From IMG/VR virus record IMGVR_UViG_3300045988_112318, positions 40,829 through 104,828 of that record: a DNA stretch of 64,000 nt; one strand, given 5' to 3'. The position numbers were made by a program, and so were the translations under genes. Below are positions 45,886 through 57,100 of this stretch, one piece after another. Source of the stretch: a virus. Below the pieces are notes generated by a model, which saw only the letters and a program-made list of their open reading frames with translations, was not told where the DNA came from and made no database searches. Numbering within the stretch: the stretch's first letter is position 1; each line of letters starts with the position of its first letter.

Positions 45886-47296
45886 ACTTAGACCTTACCA
45901 GAAAGAGGCGGTAGATGCCGGGCTTAAGTTTCTTACAGGAAGATCTAAGAAGCCTGGCATAATCGTAGCCCCATGCGGATGTGGAAAGAGCCTTCTGATA
46001 TCCAAGATAGCACATGAAATAAATAGACCGACATTAGTATTACAGCCCTCAAAAGAGATTCTGGAGCAGAATTATGCAAAGGCCGTATCATTCGGTTCTA
46101 AACCTACTATATATTCTGCTTCATGTGGTATAAAGGAGCTGTCGGCTATGACTTATGCAACATTAAAGAGCATAAAGAAAGATGTGGTGAGGTTGAAGGA
46201 TATAGGGATAGATACCTTATTGATAGACGAATGTCATTCAGGATATTCTCCTGAAGAAGGTTCTGAATTTATGGAGTTTATGAACAGGTTCCCAGAGGCG
46301 AAGGTGCTGGGCTTCACCGCCACTCCCTGCCGCCTCCGAACCTACAGTTCCATGCTGGAAGGAAACTATAGCAAGCTCAATATGCTGACGAAAGACGAGC
46401 ATAACTTCTTCAAGAAAATAGTTCATGTAACTCAAATACAAGAACTAACCTCTCAAGGGTTTTGGTGTCCACTTAAGTACGAACGATGGTCGTTTGATGA
46501 ATCGGCTCTGATGTTAAACAGTACCGGGGCTGAATACACCAACGAATCTATTAAAGAAAGTATTGTACGAAACGGCTTAAACAACTCTATCTACAAGCGC
46601 CTTCTTCAACTTATGAACGAACGTAAAGCCATTTTGGTCTGTATGGATTCTATCGAATCATGTAATAGAATATCAGAGTTCATGAATGCCAGGATGGGAG
46701 CCATAACCGGTGTCGTAACATCGCTAACAACCAAAAAGAAAAGAGAGCAAATCATATCCGATTTCAAAGAAGGTAAGTTAAAGGTCGTGTTTAATTATTC
46801 AACGCTTGCTACCGGATTTGATTTTCCTGAACTTGATTGTGTGATGTTTGGTCGCCCAACTTTCTCATATTCAACTTATTACCAAATATTAGGCCGCGCC
46901 GTCCGCATCCATCCTGACAAGAAAGAGGCGCTGATAGTTGATTGCTGCGACAACATGAGGCGTTTCGGCCGGATAGAAGACTTGACAATCGAACAATTCC
47001 CTTCTAAGGGCTGGTGTATGTTTGCCGGAGATCAACTTCTGTCTAATATAAGGATGGGTGATATTATTACCAAAGACGAGATCCTTCGCCGGGCAGCCTC
47101 GCTTAAATCTGTGAATGGAGATGGTAGGAGAGAAGACGATCTTGACAGTATAATAATGTGGTTTGGAAAATATGAAGGAATTAGATTCAAGGACATACCA
47201 GTGTCGTATTTTAGGTTCTTGGCTGAGAATATGGCAGTAAAACCAGGAGACAGGAAAGAAAAGATTATCGAATATTATAATAAGATAAAGGCATGA
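45875..47296 (+). CDS. SF2 DEAD/DEAH-box DNA helicase
   Basis: RPYQKEAV Q-motif-like, Walker A APCGCGKS, DECH box (LLIDECHSG), motif VI-like QILGRAVR. Confidence 0.7.
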   Translation: MGFELRPYQKEAVDAGLKFLTGRSKKPGIIVAPCGCGKSLLISKIAHEINRPTLVLQPSKEILEQNYAKAVSFGSKPTIYSASCGIKELSAMTYATLKSIKKDVVRLKDIGIDTLLIDECHSGYSPEEGSEFMEFMNRFPEAKVLGFTATPCRLRTYSSMLEGNYSKLNMLTKDEHNFFKKIVHVTQIQELTSQGFWCPLKYERWSFDESALMLNSTGAEYTNESIKESIVRNGLNNSIYKRLLQLMNERKAILVCMDSIESCNRISEFMNARMGAITGVVTSLTTKKKREQIISDFKEGKLKVVFNYSTLATGFDFPELDCVMFGRPTFSYSTYYQILGRAVRIHPDKKEALIVDCCDNMRRFGRIEDLTIEQFPSKGWCMFAGDQLLSNIRMGDIITKDEILRRAASLKSVNGDGRREDDLDSIIMWFGKYEGIRFKDIPVSYFRFLAENMAVKPGDRKEKIIEYYNKIKA

Positions 47297-47649
47297 ACAA
47301 CAAGAGAAGAAAAAAAATATCGGATGTTATTAACAACGTAAATAAGTATAAAACAGATTTTGAATACATCAAATCAAAGTTGTCGGAGTTGAAGCACAAC
47401 ATAAATTCAGCCAAAGATGATGTTGATATGATTTTAGATGAAGAGACTGAGGCGAGAGATAATATACCGGAATCGTTACAAGACTCAGAAAGATATTGGG
47501 AATCAGATCAGGCTGTAACTGATATGGAGGAGGTGGTTGATGACATGGAAAGTATTATAAATGATATAGATGATGTGATTTCAACCATAGATGGGAGCAT
47601 TAAAACCATAAATGGTTCTATTAAAGTAAATTTGGAAGGAGTAATATAA
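47293..47649 (+). CDS. hypothetical acidic protein
   Basis: 118-aa ORF. Confidence 0.45.
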   Translation: MNNKRRKKISDVINNVNKYKTDFEYIKSKLSELKHNINSAKDDVDMILDEETEARDNIPESLQDSERYWESDQAVTDMEEVVDDMESIINDIDDVISTIDGSIKTINGSIKVNLEGVI

Positions 47650-47955
47650 ATGAAAACAAATGAATTAAGGGAAATACTTAAATTGTATGGTCTTCAACAT
47701 GATGTTGTTATCAACAAAAGTTCAAGAAGGTATTCTATTATCTTAGATAATAACATAATAGGAACCAATCACGACAAAGAGAGGGTGGTTGTGTTCCGTC
47801 CTATACCGGAAGGGAAAAACACATTCTGCATGGAGCGAGATAGGTTCTACACGGAGTTTGAAGAAGCTTTTGATGATGATAAAGCCATAGAAGCCGTAAG
47901 ACAATATTTTGAAAACAATAAAACAGAAAGTCATGAACGAAAACGAAATATTTAG
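47650..47955 (+). CDS. hypothetical protein
   Basis: 101-aa ORF. Confidence 0.4.
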   Translation: MKTNELREILKLYGLQHDVVINKSSRRYSIILDNNIIGTNHDKERVVVFRPIPEGKNTFCMERDRFYTEFEEAFDDDKAIEAVRQYFENNKTESHERKRNI

Positions 47956-48274
47956 ATTAAAGGGCAGAATAGCCATATCCAACCTATCACGTGAGGACAA
48001 GGATATGATAAATAGCATCCTTGATGGTATCAATAAAAAGGATGAAGAAGAAAAAGGATATCTCTATACCGTGAGAGTAAAACTAAACAACGGAAGGGTT
48101 GTGCATGCTACTTTATTTTTTAAAGACAAGAAAGGCCCTACATTTGAAGATTTAAAGAAGGAGCTTGATGACATGGGAGTTAAAAATGATAGTTATAGCA
48201 ATAACGGCATAATTATCATTAACCGCATTGTCATGAGCGGAGAAGAATTTGACCGCTTTGCAAAAGAAAAATGA
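47909..48274 (+). CDS. hypothetical protein
   Basis: 121-aa ORF. Confidence 0.4.
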   Translation: MKTIKQKVMNENEIFRLKGRIAISNLSREDKDMINSILDGINKKDEEEKGYLYTVRVKLNNGRVVHATLFFKDKKGPTFEDLKKELDDMGVKNDSYSNNGIIIINRIVMSGEEFDRFAKEK

Positions 48275-48318
48275 TGGACTATATTATTATATCAAATAAT
48301 TAAAACAACGATAAAACA

Positions 48319-48876
48319 ATGGAAAAGATGGACAATAATACTAAAAACATCCTTTATCCAAAAGGATCTATTTTTCGCATGTTGGAAAGTGATGTAATCA
48401 GTTCCGAATTAGAAATAGCCAGAGGAGCTATAGTGGAGGCAGTATCAGACATAGAGGTAGATGATGAATATGCTGAGGTTTGTTGCAATGGAGAGACGTT
48501 TATCGTAGGAACGGACATTATGGGTATTATTCCTGTCAAAGTATCCAGAGAAAACAAATCGGTGAAAAATGACATCATTGACGATAAACTACGATGGGAT
48601 TTACTTCCAATGGAAGAGATTGAGGACATTGTAAAAGTCTATCATGCTGGTGCAAAGAAGTACGGACCCAATAAATGGCAGAACCTTGACAACGGGTTTG
48701 AACGGTATCGTGCTGCGGCTGCCAGACACCTAATGGAATACATGAAAGGGGAAAGAATAGACTCAGATACAGGATGTTTTCATCTTGCACAATGTGCATG
48801 GAACTGTATAGCTATGCTGTGGTATGACAAGCATGGAAAAGGGTTGATACCATTAAACAAGGAGGAAAAGAAATGA
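48319..48876 (+). CDS. putative nucleotide pyrophosphohydrolase-domain protein (dATP/dGTP diphosphohydrolase N-domain-like)
   Basis: WDLLPMEEIEDIVKVYHAGAKKYGPNKW...RYRAAAARHL...DSDTGCFHLAQCAWNCIAMLW resembles a phage nucleotide pyrophosphohydrolase N-terminal domain recalled from memory; tentative. Confidence 0.35.
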   Translation: MEKMDNNTKNILYPKGSIFRMLESDVISSELEIARGAIVEAVSDIEVDDEYAEVCCNGETFIVGTDIMGIIPVKVSRENKSVKNDIIDDKLRWDLLPMEEIEDIVKVYHAGAKKYGPNKWQNLDNGFERYRAAAARHLMEYMKGERIDSDTGCFHLAQCAWNCIAMLWYDKHGKGLIPLNKEEKK

Positions 48877-49181
48877 CAATAGAACAACTAAATTATTTAT
48901 TAAGAAACGAGCTTTATGCTATAAAAAATCATAAAGACAATATTGATAGAATCAAAAAAGAATACTTTGATTCCAATTATGGGTTAAAAGAAGGAGATAA
49001 GATCCGTATTTTACACGAAACAGGAGATGAAATGATAGGCTTCTTGAAAAAAGTTGAAGTATGTGAAGACGGAGATCTGTACTTGACAATCCAAAAACAA
49101 AACGAAAAAGGTGACAGAGGCAGAGGAACATGGAATATGTATCTATCATCAAAATCAATTAAAATTGAAAAATGTGTATAA
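48873..49181 (+). CDS. hypothetical protein
   Basis: 102-aa ORF. Confidence 0.4.
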   Translation: MTIEQLNYLLRNELYAIKNHKDNIDRIKKEYFDSNYGLKEGDKIRILHETGDEMIGFLKKVEVCEDGDLYLTIQKQNEKGDRGRGTWNMYLSSKSIKIEKCV

Positions 49182-49185
49182 TGCC

Positions 49186-50313
49186 ATGAGAGTGTTAAGT
49201 TTATTTGACGGAATGTCATGTGGTCAAATAGCGCTAAAAGAAATAGGGATCACACCTGAAGTATATTATGCATCAGAAATAGATAAGTTTGCTATTAAAC
49301 AAACGCAATTAAATTTCCCTAATACTATACAAGTAGGAGATGTAAGGGATTTGAATGTAGAAGATCTTGGACACATAGATCTTATTTTATCCGGCAGCCC
49401 ATGTACGGATATGTCCTTTTCTGGAAAAAGAAAAGGGTTGTCTACCGTAGAAGGAATAGAAATCAAATCACTTAATGAGTATCTTGAATTAAAAAAACAA
49501 GGATTTGAGTTTTCCGGTCAGTCTTACTTATTCTGGGAGTTTATCCGTATTTTGAATGATGCAAGAAAAACCAATCCCGAGGTATTGTTTCTTCTTGAGA
49601 ACGTTAAGATGGGAAAGAAATGGGAGCTGGTATTTGATGATGCTATAGGGTGTAAAGGCAATCATATTAATTCAGCGCTTGTTTCCGCTCAAACCAGGAA
49701 ACGTATTTATTGGACTAATATTCAAGGCGGAATTATCCCTCAACCTAAAGACGAAGGTTTGACTATAAGTGATATAGCGGAATATGAAGTAGATGAAAAA
49801 TATTACTTATCTGAAAAAGTTTTAAACAATTTAACTTTTCACTTGAAAATAAATCACGACAGGGGAAATTATTATGGAGCTAATATTAAAACAAAAGATG
49901 AGAAATCCAATACTGTTACCGTAAAGGGTAAATACATGTACGATCTTATTTGTGTAGCAACGAGAGGTAGGAATCCAGAAAAACCTACATGTAGAGAATA
50001 TGGTCTTAAAACAGTTCAGAAAGATAATCTTATTTCCCAAATACCAAGAGGATTTAACAAAGGTGGATTTCATGAAGATAAGGCTCCAACATTATCTTGT
50101 AATTCATATGATAGAAACAATTTTATCATACAGAGAGCATTACATGGCGATTTCAAAATAAGAAGATTAACCCCTACAGAGTGCTCCAGGTTACAGACTG
50201 TACCAGATTGGTATAAATGGGAATGCAGCGAAACCCAACAGTACAAGATGTTGGGAAACGGGTGGACTATTAAAGTGATTGAACATATACTTAAAAGAAT
50301 AAAAGAATCATGA
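49186..50313 (+). CDS. DNA cytosine-5 methyltransferase
   Basis: ORF trimmed to the ATG at 49186 (MRVLSLFDGMSCG, motif I); ILSGSPCTDMSFSGKRKG (PC motif IV); LLENVK (ENV motif VI). Confidence 0.7.
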   Translation: MRVLSLFDGMSCGQIALKEIGITPEVYYASEIDKFAIKQTQLNFPNTIQVGDVRDLNVEDLGHIDLILSGSPCTDMSFSGKRKGLSTVEGIEIKSLNEYLELKKQGFEFSGQSYLFWEFIRILNDARKTNPEVLFLLENVKMGKKWELVFDDAIGCKGNHINSALVSAQTRKRIYWTNIQGGIIPQPKDEGLTISDIAEYEVDEKYYLSEKVLNNLTFHLKINHDRGNYYGANIKTKDEKSNTVTVKGKYMYDLICVATRGRNPEKPTCREYGLKTVQKDNLISQIPRGFNKGGFHEDKAPTLSCNSYDRNNFIIQRALHGDFKIRRLTPTECSRLQTVPDWYKWECSETQQYKMLGNGWTIKVIEHILKRIKES

Positions 50314-50852
50314 TTAAAGCAAGATTTTACATTAAAAAATCCGATTGCGGTAACGACTACCGTCCAGTCAAATGGCCTATAAAATATCCATATTGGTGTA
50401 GTGGTGAATCCGATGATTCATTCATACTTGTAGTGTATGCCGAAGACGAAGACAGCATAAAAGAGCTGTGGCCGGAAGCATACGATATTAATGTCTTAGA
50501 AAAAGATACTGAGGTTAAATTCACATTAAGATTTCCTAAGCCTAAATGGTATGAATTGCAAGAAGAGAGATTAGAAGAGTATGATAAATTATATGGTAAA
50601 TTCGTATGGGTTACGGACATGTGTCTAAAAGATGGGAAAATAAGAAAGGTAAAAGCCAGAATAGAAGATTGTGGTGGTCTTTTATTAGCCGACACTCCTG
50701 GTCGTTACACCCCTTATCAGATAGGGGATTGTGCTTTTGAAAGCAAGGAAGAGGCTTTAAAACATGCAGAGGAACAGAGAACGGATTTAATTAAGTCTCT
50801 TAGGTTACAAATACTCGAACTTGAAAATCTAAAATTTGAATGCGATGATTAA
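50310..50852 (+). CDS. hypothetical protein
   Basis: 180-aa ORF. Confidence 0.5.
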   Translation: MIKARFYIKKSDCGNDYRPVKWPIKYPYWCSGESDDSFILVVYAEDEDSIKELWPEAYDINVLEKDTEVKFTLRFPKPKWYELQEERLEEYDKLYGKFVWVTDMCLKDGKIRKVKARIEDCGGLLLADTPGRYTPYQIGDCAFESKEEALKHAEEQRTDLIKSLRLQILELENLKFECDD

Positions 50853-51558
50853 TTACGCGGCAAAAGCCAGAAAAGCTTATTTGATAAACAATTTCGATAA
50901 GATTCTTAACAGTCTTAACACGCTTCATTCAACGGTTGAGACCATGACGTTGTTCGTAAACGACCAGGCTTATAATTACATTCTTAAGCTAAAGGAAGTA
51001 ATTAAAACCAGTCCTATGTATAAGCACAATATCAAGCGTCTTTTAAATGACATGGACAAAGAGATAAAGAGGTACAATGCTTCTATCTACTACATAAATA
51101 AAGAGCGTAGTGAGGTTATAGCTGATATAACACAAGCGATGGAAGATTGCCTCATGCCATACATAGACGATCTGGCCGGCGCTATAAGGGCAGCCGTGTG
51201 GTCGAGGGGTGTGTCCGAGGAGCGGACGGAAGCGGCGGTACTGTCCCTAATCGTATCCTCCTTGGCCACGACATCAGGCAGACTTATCTCAGGTGGATAT
51301 CAGATCATGAAAGAAATGGGTGGAGGTCAAGGTGGTAATCCATTTACGTTTATGAGCATTGATAAGATAAGACACTTATCTACATCATTATCTGATGCTA
51401 TTACCGGTGGGGAAATAGCTCTTGAGGAAAAAGAAGCCAATGACATAACTAAGGCAATGGATATTTTTATTGAGAAAATGTCTGATTCGGATATTGTTGA
51501 TAAGGTGATCAGCATACTTGAAGAGGCTGAATCTAAAAATAAGGAGGAGCGATCGTGA
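50836..51558 (+). CDS. hypothetical protein
   Basis: 240-aa ORF with a GC-rich patch at 51180-51260. Confidence 0.5.
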   Translation: MNAMINYAAKARKAYLINNFDKILNSLNTLHSTVETMTLFVNDQAYNYILKLKEVIKTSPMYKHNIKRLLNDMDKEIKRYNASIYYINKERSEVIADITQAMEDCLMPYIDDLAGAIRAAVWSRGVSEERTEAAVLSLIVSSLATTSGRLISGGYQIMKEMGGGQGGNPFTFMSIDKIRHLSTSLSDAITGGEIALEEKEANDITKAMDIFIEKMSDSDIVDKVISILEEAESKNKEERS

Positions 51559-51746
51559 ATTATTTGGATGGGTATGTAGAAGAAGTTCTTTCTGAGCCGT
51601 ACTATGATGATTATGGCTCTGGGGTTTTTAGGTGGTGGGTGGAAGTATCTTACATTTGTGAAGGTACAGAATCAACTACTATCTTAATGTTTGATACGAG
51701 AGAAGAAGCAGAGGCAGTAAAACCAGGTTATAAATTTTTATGTTGA
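51555..51746 (+). CDS. hypothetical protein
   Basis: 63-aa ORF. Confidence 0.35.
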   Translation: MNYLDGYVEEVLSEPYYDDYGSGVFRWWVEVSYICEGTESTTILMFDTREEAEAVKPGYKFLC

Positions 51747-51753
51747 AAATAAC

Positions 51754-52002
51754 ATGAGGTATTTTGTTTTATTGATGGCACTTGTGTTATCATCATGTTC
51801 GCATGATGATAGTCAGGTTAATAACGGATGGGTTATATATGATTTACGTCCTTTACAGGGTGGGCGTGTGATGTATTATGGTGAAGACGGAGGATTTTCA
51901 ATATTTAACAGTAATAGACTTATAAAATTCGTTGGATACCAAGGGGAATACAATATAGGAGATTCTATTAAGATCATAAAAGTGAAACAATATGGAAAAT
52001 AA
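51754..52002 (+). CDS. small lipoprotein
   Basis: MRYFVLLMALVLSSCSHDD signal peptide with lipobox Cys. Confidence 0.45.
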   Translation: MRYFVLLMALVLSSCSHDDSQVNNGWVIYDLRPLQGGRVMYYGEDGGFSIFNSNRLIKFVGYQGEYNIGDSIKIIKVKQYGK

Positions 52003-52480
52003 TTTAAAACTCGTATGTCCAAAATGTGGCACTCCTCACCAGCCTCATTCTCCGCACACGATGGATGCAGATGGATTTGAAAGGTGTGAGATAAGAACTG
52101 TCATGGAAGACAGGGGGTGGTGCTACGAATGCTCTTTTTGGCAAAATATGTACGACAAGCACAAAGACGATCCAGGATGGGTTAGGATAGACGGTGAAAG
52201 CTGGGTGCTTAAGCCTATGGTGGAAAACGTACCGAGCGGATGGAACAGCCTTGGATGCGGTGGAAGAAAAATGTATATCAATATCGAAGGGAAAGGCATT
52301 GTTGTATCAAATAACTGCTGGTGCCAAGGTGATGTTTCGGATGCATTTAAGGATCTGATGCCTGATAATGCCACTTGGGCTACGAAGGAGGAATTTGACA
52401 AAGCTCCTGTAGTAGGATATATTATAGAAGGTATTGGTTTAGTTTTCACAGATAGGGAAGGTCATAAAGCTAATGCTTAG
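51992..52480 (+). CDS. Cys-rich protein, dispersed paralog 2 (matches 31722..32165)
   Basis: CPKCGTPHQ...CEIRTVMEDRGWCYECSFW...IDGESWVLKPM...GCGGRKM...SNNCWCQG...FKDLMPDNATW. Confidence 0.5.
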   Translation: MENNLKLVCPKCGTPHQPHSPHTMDADGFERCEIRTVMEDRGWCYECSFWQNMYDKHKDDPGWVRIDGESWVLKPMVENVPSGWNSLGCGGRKMYINIEGKGIVVSNNCWCQGDVSDAFKDLMPDNATWATKEEFDKAPVVGYIIEGIGLVFTDREGHKANA

Positions 52481-52721
52481 GAATCTATTTCATGTTCCTA
52501 TTAGAATATTTGAAAGGAAATTAACTAATGGGGAAATAGAATATTGGTGCCAATATCAAAACATTTTTGGGAAATGGAAAAACAGAATAAAATATAATAT
52601 GTTTGGCGTGTCGTATTATGCTGTTTTTTATTCATTCGAAGATGCGTATGAATTTAATTATGGTAAGAACAAAGAAGAAAAGGTAAAGGTAGTGGATTCT
52701 TGTTACAAGAAAAGATGGTAA
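52473..52721 (+). CDS. hypothetical protein
   Basis: 82-aa ORF; last gene of the plus-strand block. Confidence 0.4.
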   Translation: MLRNLFHVPIRIFERKLTNGEIEYWCQYQNIFGKWKNRIKYNMFGVSYYAVFYSFEDAYEFNYGKNKEEKVKVVDSCYKKRW

Positions 52722-52725
52722 CTAC

Positions 52726-52775
52726 AATAATCCCCGGCCATACAATAGGTGTACGGTTGGGGATTATTGTAATAT
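52726..52775. terminator. bidirectional hairpin between convergent gene blocks
   Basis: 11-bp stem caataatcccc/ggggattattg. Confidence 0.5.
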
Positions 52776-52835
52776 ATGATTAATAACCGTCTTATCTTAT
52801 ACTAATACATTTTAGTACTATTTTTATATCTTTTA

Positions 52836-53285
52836 TTATAATTCTACATAGGTATCAATAGGGACAAAGCTGCCAATTGTACTTATCTTATATATTGAAT
52901 GAATAAGGTGAGTACTTGGACTTAATTTCAGTTGAGGTACTTGATTGGATCCTTCTGTAATAAAGAAATAATAAAAAACGTCTCCAATCGTAAACTGTAA
53001 TATAATATCACCTGTTACCTGTCCTTCATTAAAGTAAGCCTGGATATATTGTCCAGAATTTGATATCGTACAACTTATAGGATTACCGCCCATCGTACAT
53101 ACCTTGCTATTATTAATTTCATCTAAAACATAGGAAGCCGCCATAGTTGCTCCATTAGATCGGTATCTACAACCAAGAATAGGTACAGGATTTCGCCATG
53201 TGGTTGTAGGGGCCGAAATCGAACAAGCAAAAACAGGGATCTTGACGCCGGCAACTGTCTTAATATTTTCAAATCTTCTTCTCAT
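52836..53285 (-). CDS. putative tail fibre/receptor-binding protein (MRRRF N-terminus)
   Basis: 149 aa, starts MRRRFENIK, the same 5-residue start as the upstream neighbour; beta-rich Cys/Gly/Ser composition. Confidence 0.45.
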   Translation of the reverse strand: MRRRFENIKTVAGVKIPVFACSISAPTTTWRNPVPILGCRYRSNGATMAASYVLDEINNSKVCTMGGNPISCTISNSGQYIQAYFNEGQVTGDIILQFTIGDVFYYFFITEGSNQVPQLKLSPSTHLIHSIYKISTIGSFVPIDTYVEL

Positions 53286-53289
53286 AATT

Positions 53290-53907
53290 TCATAAAATTA
53301 ATTCAGTAAAAGGGCGGACATAATGTGAACTACCCCTTGAACCTGTATCCAAATGATCTCCTTGGATGTTTATATCATAATACCACGAATAGGTAGATTT
53401 TGTATTTCGAGTGGATGTCCACATTCTATTACTCATTATCGTACCTCCTACCATTAAAAGGCATTCGTTTATTTCATTAGCATACAATGATATCAAAAAA
53501 AACTCTCCGGCGCCACCTACATATCCATTTTGACCATTTTTAAATAAATAGCTATTAGCTTTATTAAAAGCGTAATCTGTATTACTGGTATCATATTCAA
53601 GATACGCATTCTGATTTTCACGCCCCCAATAATCCTTTTTAATAGTTCCAATATGAGAACTATCTTGTGCAAATATATTGTCTATTTCTCCATCCTTACC
53701 CCAACGAAATGTGCCAATATATTCGGTGGCTATAACAAAACACACTTTATCTACAAGAGCTATTCCATTGCATAGATCATTGGAATATCCTTTATTAGAC
53801 CAATTTTCTTTTGTATATAATCCTCCATCTACATGTTGGATGTATATGCCTTTATTGATTATAAGCGAGGGATTTACCCCCATCCCTATTTGAAATCTTC
53901 GTCTCAT
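53290..53907 (-). CDS. DUF1566/C-type-lectin-like domain protein, putative tail fibre
   Basis: ORF-track 53290..53994 trimmed to the MRRRFQIGMG start at 53907; C-terminus MWTSTRNTKSTYSWYYDINIQGDHLDTGSRGSSHYVRPF matches the DUF1566 WsST...awy....G......vR motif. Confidence 0.5.
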   Translation of the reverse strand: MRRRFQIGMGVNPSLIINKGIYIQHVDGGLYTKENWSNKGYSNDLCNGIALVDKVCFVIATEYIGTFRWGKDGEIDNIFAQDSSHIGTIKKDYWGRENQNAYLEYDTSNTDYAFNKANSYLFKNGQNGYVGGAGEFFLISLYANEINECLLMVGGTIMSNRMWTSTRNTKSTYSWYYDINIQGDHLDTGSRGSSHYVRPFTELIL

Positions 53908-54121
53908 GATTTTTGTTTGCAAGATAGCAATAATTGACAACATAAAAGAAACCGGTTCCCTATCATCTCTGACTGAGAACCGGTAAGAAAACAATTTCAG
54001 AAAAAATTAAACCTACATAATCTTTCAAGTAAGAACAAAAAAACGTACAATCTACTCTTTGACGATGCTAATATAACATATTGGAATCATACAAAAACAA
54101 TGCAAGTCCGATATTCTTCGT

Positions 54122-57100
54122 CTATTTGTAACTAACGTCATCGTCTCCTTCCGAATCAGGAGTAGCGCCGATGAAGAACATCATTGACTTGTTGTTTGTC
54201 TGCTGCCACCAATTATAGGCGCGCGCTACGTCTTCCGGCGTCTTGATATTATACCATTGTTTGATAAACGTCTGTTTGGCGAGTTGCCTAAATAGCTTAG
54301 ACTCTCCTTTGTATGTACCGGATGTTACTTTATCAAGTGAATAATTCCTAAGATCGGTAAGATCCTTCAGCTTCCTTCCCATAACAAACGGGTCGTTAAT
54401 GATATCTACAACGTTAAGCTCCATAATAAACGGCATCTGTGAAGCTATTTCGTTTATGGTTCTGAATCCAACGTAAGATCCAAATTGAGTAAGCCAACTT
54501 TCTTCGTTTTCATCATCATCACGCCATCCGGCAAGAAGCATGGATACGGCTTGCATGATAAGGAACGTGCCGGCATAGACACTGAGGCGTTTGAGATTAG
54601 TTTTTTCTACCTCATTCATATTGTCTTTATTTTCGTTCCAGGCATCTATGATGTTTTTCATACCAGACTCGGAAGCCAGGCTAAATGTTTTGGCTATCAT
54701 ATTCTTTAACGTAATTGACAACCCTTCCTCTTCTTGCATTGTTTGGAAATTGAAGCCACGTCTTTTCCACAGACGTTGAGCCGCCAGCACCAACCATCCT
54801 CGGTGGGCGGTCATGAACCTGGCTATCCAGTTGCGCGATGCGGCAGTTCGGTTTTCTTCATTCAAAGATCCGTTACATATCTGCGACAAGCTACGGACTT
54901 GATTCCTGGTTATAGCCATCTGGGTTTCAACTTCCTCAACAGTAACACCCGATCCTGGCTTTACAACCACCTTCCCATCCACGACGTCTACCATACTCCA
55001 TAAAGTACGATCTTTTAATGCATTCCATTCTCTTTTTATGGTACTCTGTTCTTTATTGCGTTCTTTTTCCATCTTGAAATCTTGGAACGTGTAGAACCGA
55101 CCTTTGTAATAACGAACATTGTCCATAGTAGCAATCATAACCTGCGGATCAAGAGGGTAGTTCAGGATTTCCATAAAAGCATACATAGGTGAACGCATTA
55201 AGGTCCTGGCCACTCTATTGTATCCGGCACCATACATACGATTTCGGATATTGAATATCCCCATTCTCTCACCTATGACATATAATTTGCTTTTCCTATC
55301 TATGTCTCCGGTTTCTGCTATACAAGATGGAGCAAGGCGTGAAAATTCAGCCGATGCGTATTTAAGGGAATCTTTACTTATATACTGTCCTACGGCAGAT
55401 TCCATGATGAGGTTGATATGACCTGTTAAGGCGCCGGTAGCTGCCACAAACGGGGACAGTGCCAAGTTCATGACCGACATAAATCTTTCAACAGCCATCA
55501 TAATTCTTGTAAGGTCTACCGTATATCCTCCGATGTTCACCGTAAGTTTTTTGGTGTTCATCCTAATGCCATAATAATGATCGTTGAAGAAGTCCCTGAA
55601 CATCTGATATGCTTGGGTTGCTTCAGCCTTTTTACCACCTTCAAATTGTTTATTCAGTAACATCTGCTCCAGTCCTTGAGCGAGCTCTATAGACTTCTGC
55701 TTTTCGTTGTATAACGATGACTGCATCATAAGCATCGAATAAGAGTAGCCAAAATCGTGAGATACATCATCTTGGTTCTCCAATTCATATATGTAGTATT
55801 TAGGTATAGACCTAAGTCTGTCTTCCGGATCATACACTTCTCCTTGCCTGGTTTTACCGTATAAAGAATCGTCTACTCTGTCCAGGCACAGATCTGATAC
55901 AAAATTACGAACCGTATTTTTGAAGTTAATACCCAATCCTTCTATACGTTCTATATCTTGTTTTGATATCTGTGGAATAGCATACAGGTTCGGGCTCTGC
56001 TCTTTGTATAGATCAAGGGATTGTCTTTTTATTTCCTTGAGTTTTTGAATCATATTCCACTGCTCTACGTTTTTAGTAGCAACTTCATTACCGTCAGCAT
56101 CATACTTGATACCAAAGTCATTGAAATAAGATTCATCACGATACAGGCTTTTCTTAGGCATTCGATGACCATACCCATGATCTTTTACATAATCAGGATT
56201 ACGGCCGTTATTTTCGGCTTCAGATTCAGCCACCCATGCCCTTGCAGGATCGAAAGACAGGTACGATATGTTCATGCCATAATCTTGGGTGGATGTACCG
56301 TTTTGCACGTCCTTAACCATCTGCGCCACATCTATCTCACCTCGACCTATTTTGTCGATCATAGCCGCATATCCGGTAGGCGCCATGCGTTTATAGTAGG
56401 AAAAGACCTGGCCCCTGGCAAATTCATTAACAATAGCATTAGCTTCTTCTACACCCTCTTCTCTTGTATTATTTAAAAACAAGCTGGCCATCTTAGCATT
56501 AACAGCATTCCTGAAATCTCTACCGTCTAATTCTTTGCTTATACCAAGCTTTTCTGACAGGTAGTTGGTTTCAGATACGGTAAACAGATATCGGTTATCA
56601 GCAGCCTTAAACAGCTTATCCCTTAAAGCCTGAATCCTTTTTGCTTTCTTCGCCGTAGTATGACGTTGTACGAACTTCCATTCCACTTCCTTGGAGTCAG
56701 CAAGAGCATTTAAATAAGACTGATTTACTTCGTTTTCGGCCTTACTGCTTTTAGTAAGGTACTTATCAATATCTTCAAGACCCACCATCTTAGCATAATC
56801 TATTAAAATAGCGTAATCAGCTTCAATAGCTTCAGATGCGGCCCTAAAAGCATCTCTTTCAGATAAGGTAAATGTCGCTTCGTTAATTTCTCCGATATCA
56901 GCCACATCTCGGTTGTTTCCGATTATTTCCTTGATAATGGCCTTATTTTTTTCTATATCTTTCACAATCGAATCCACGTCAGTCGCATCTCTATCACTTG
57001 TCGTAGAACCAATGATATCATGCGCCATTTTAAGATACGAAGCCTTGTTATTTGATTCGGTACGCGCCGACTGTTCCGATTCTACTTCATTCCAAAACCG

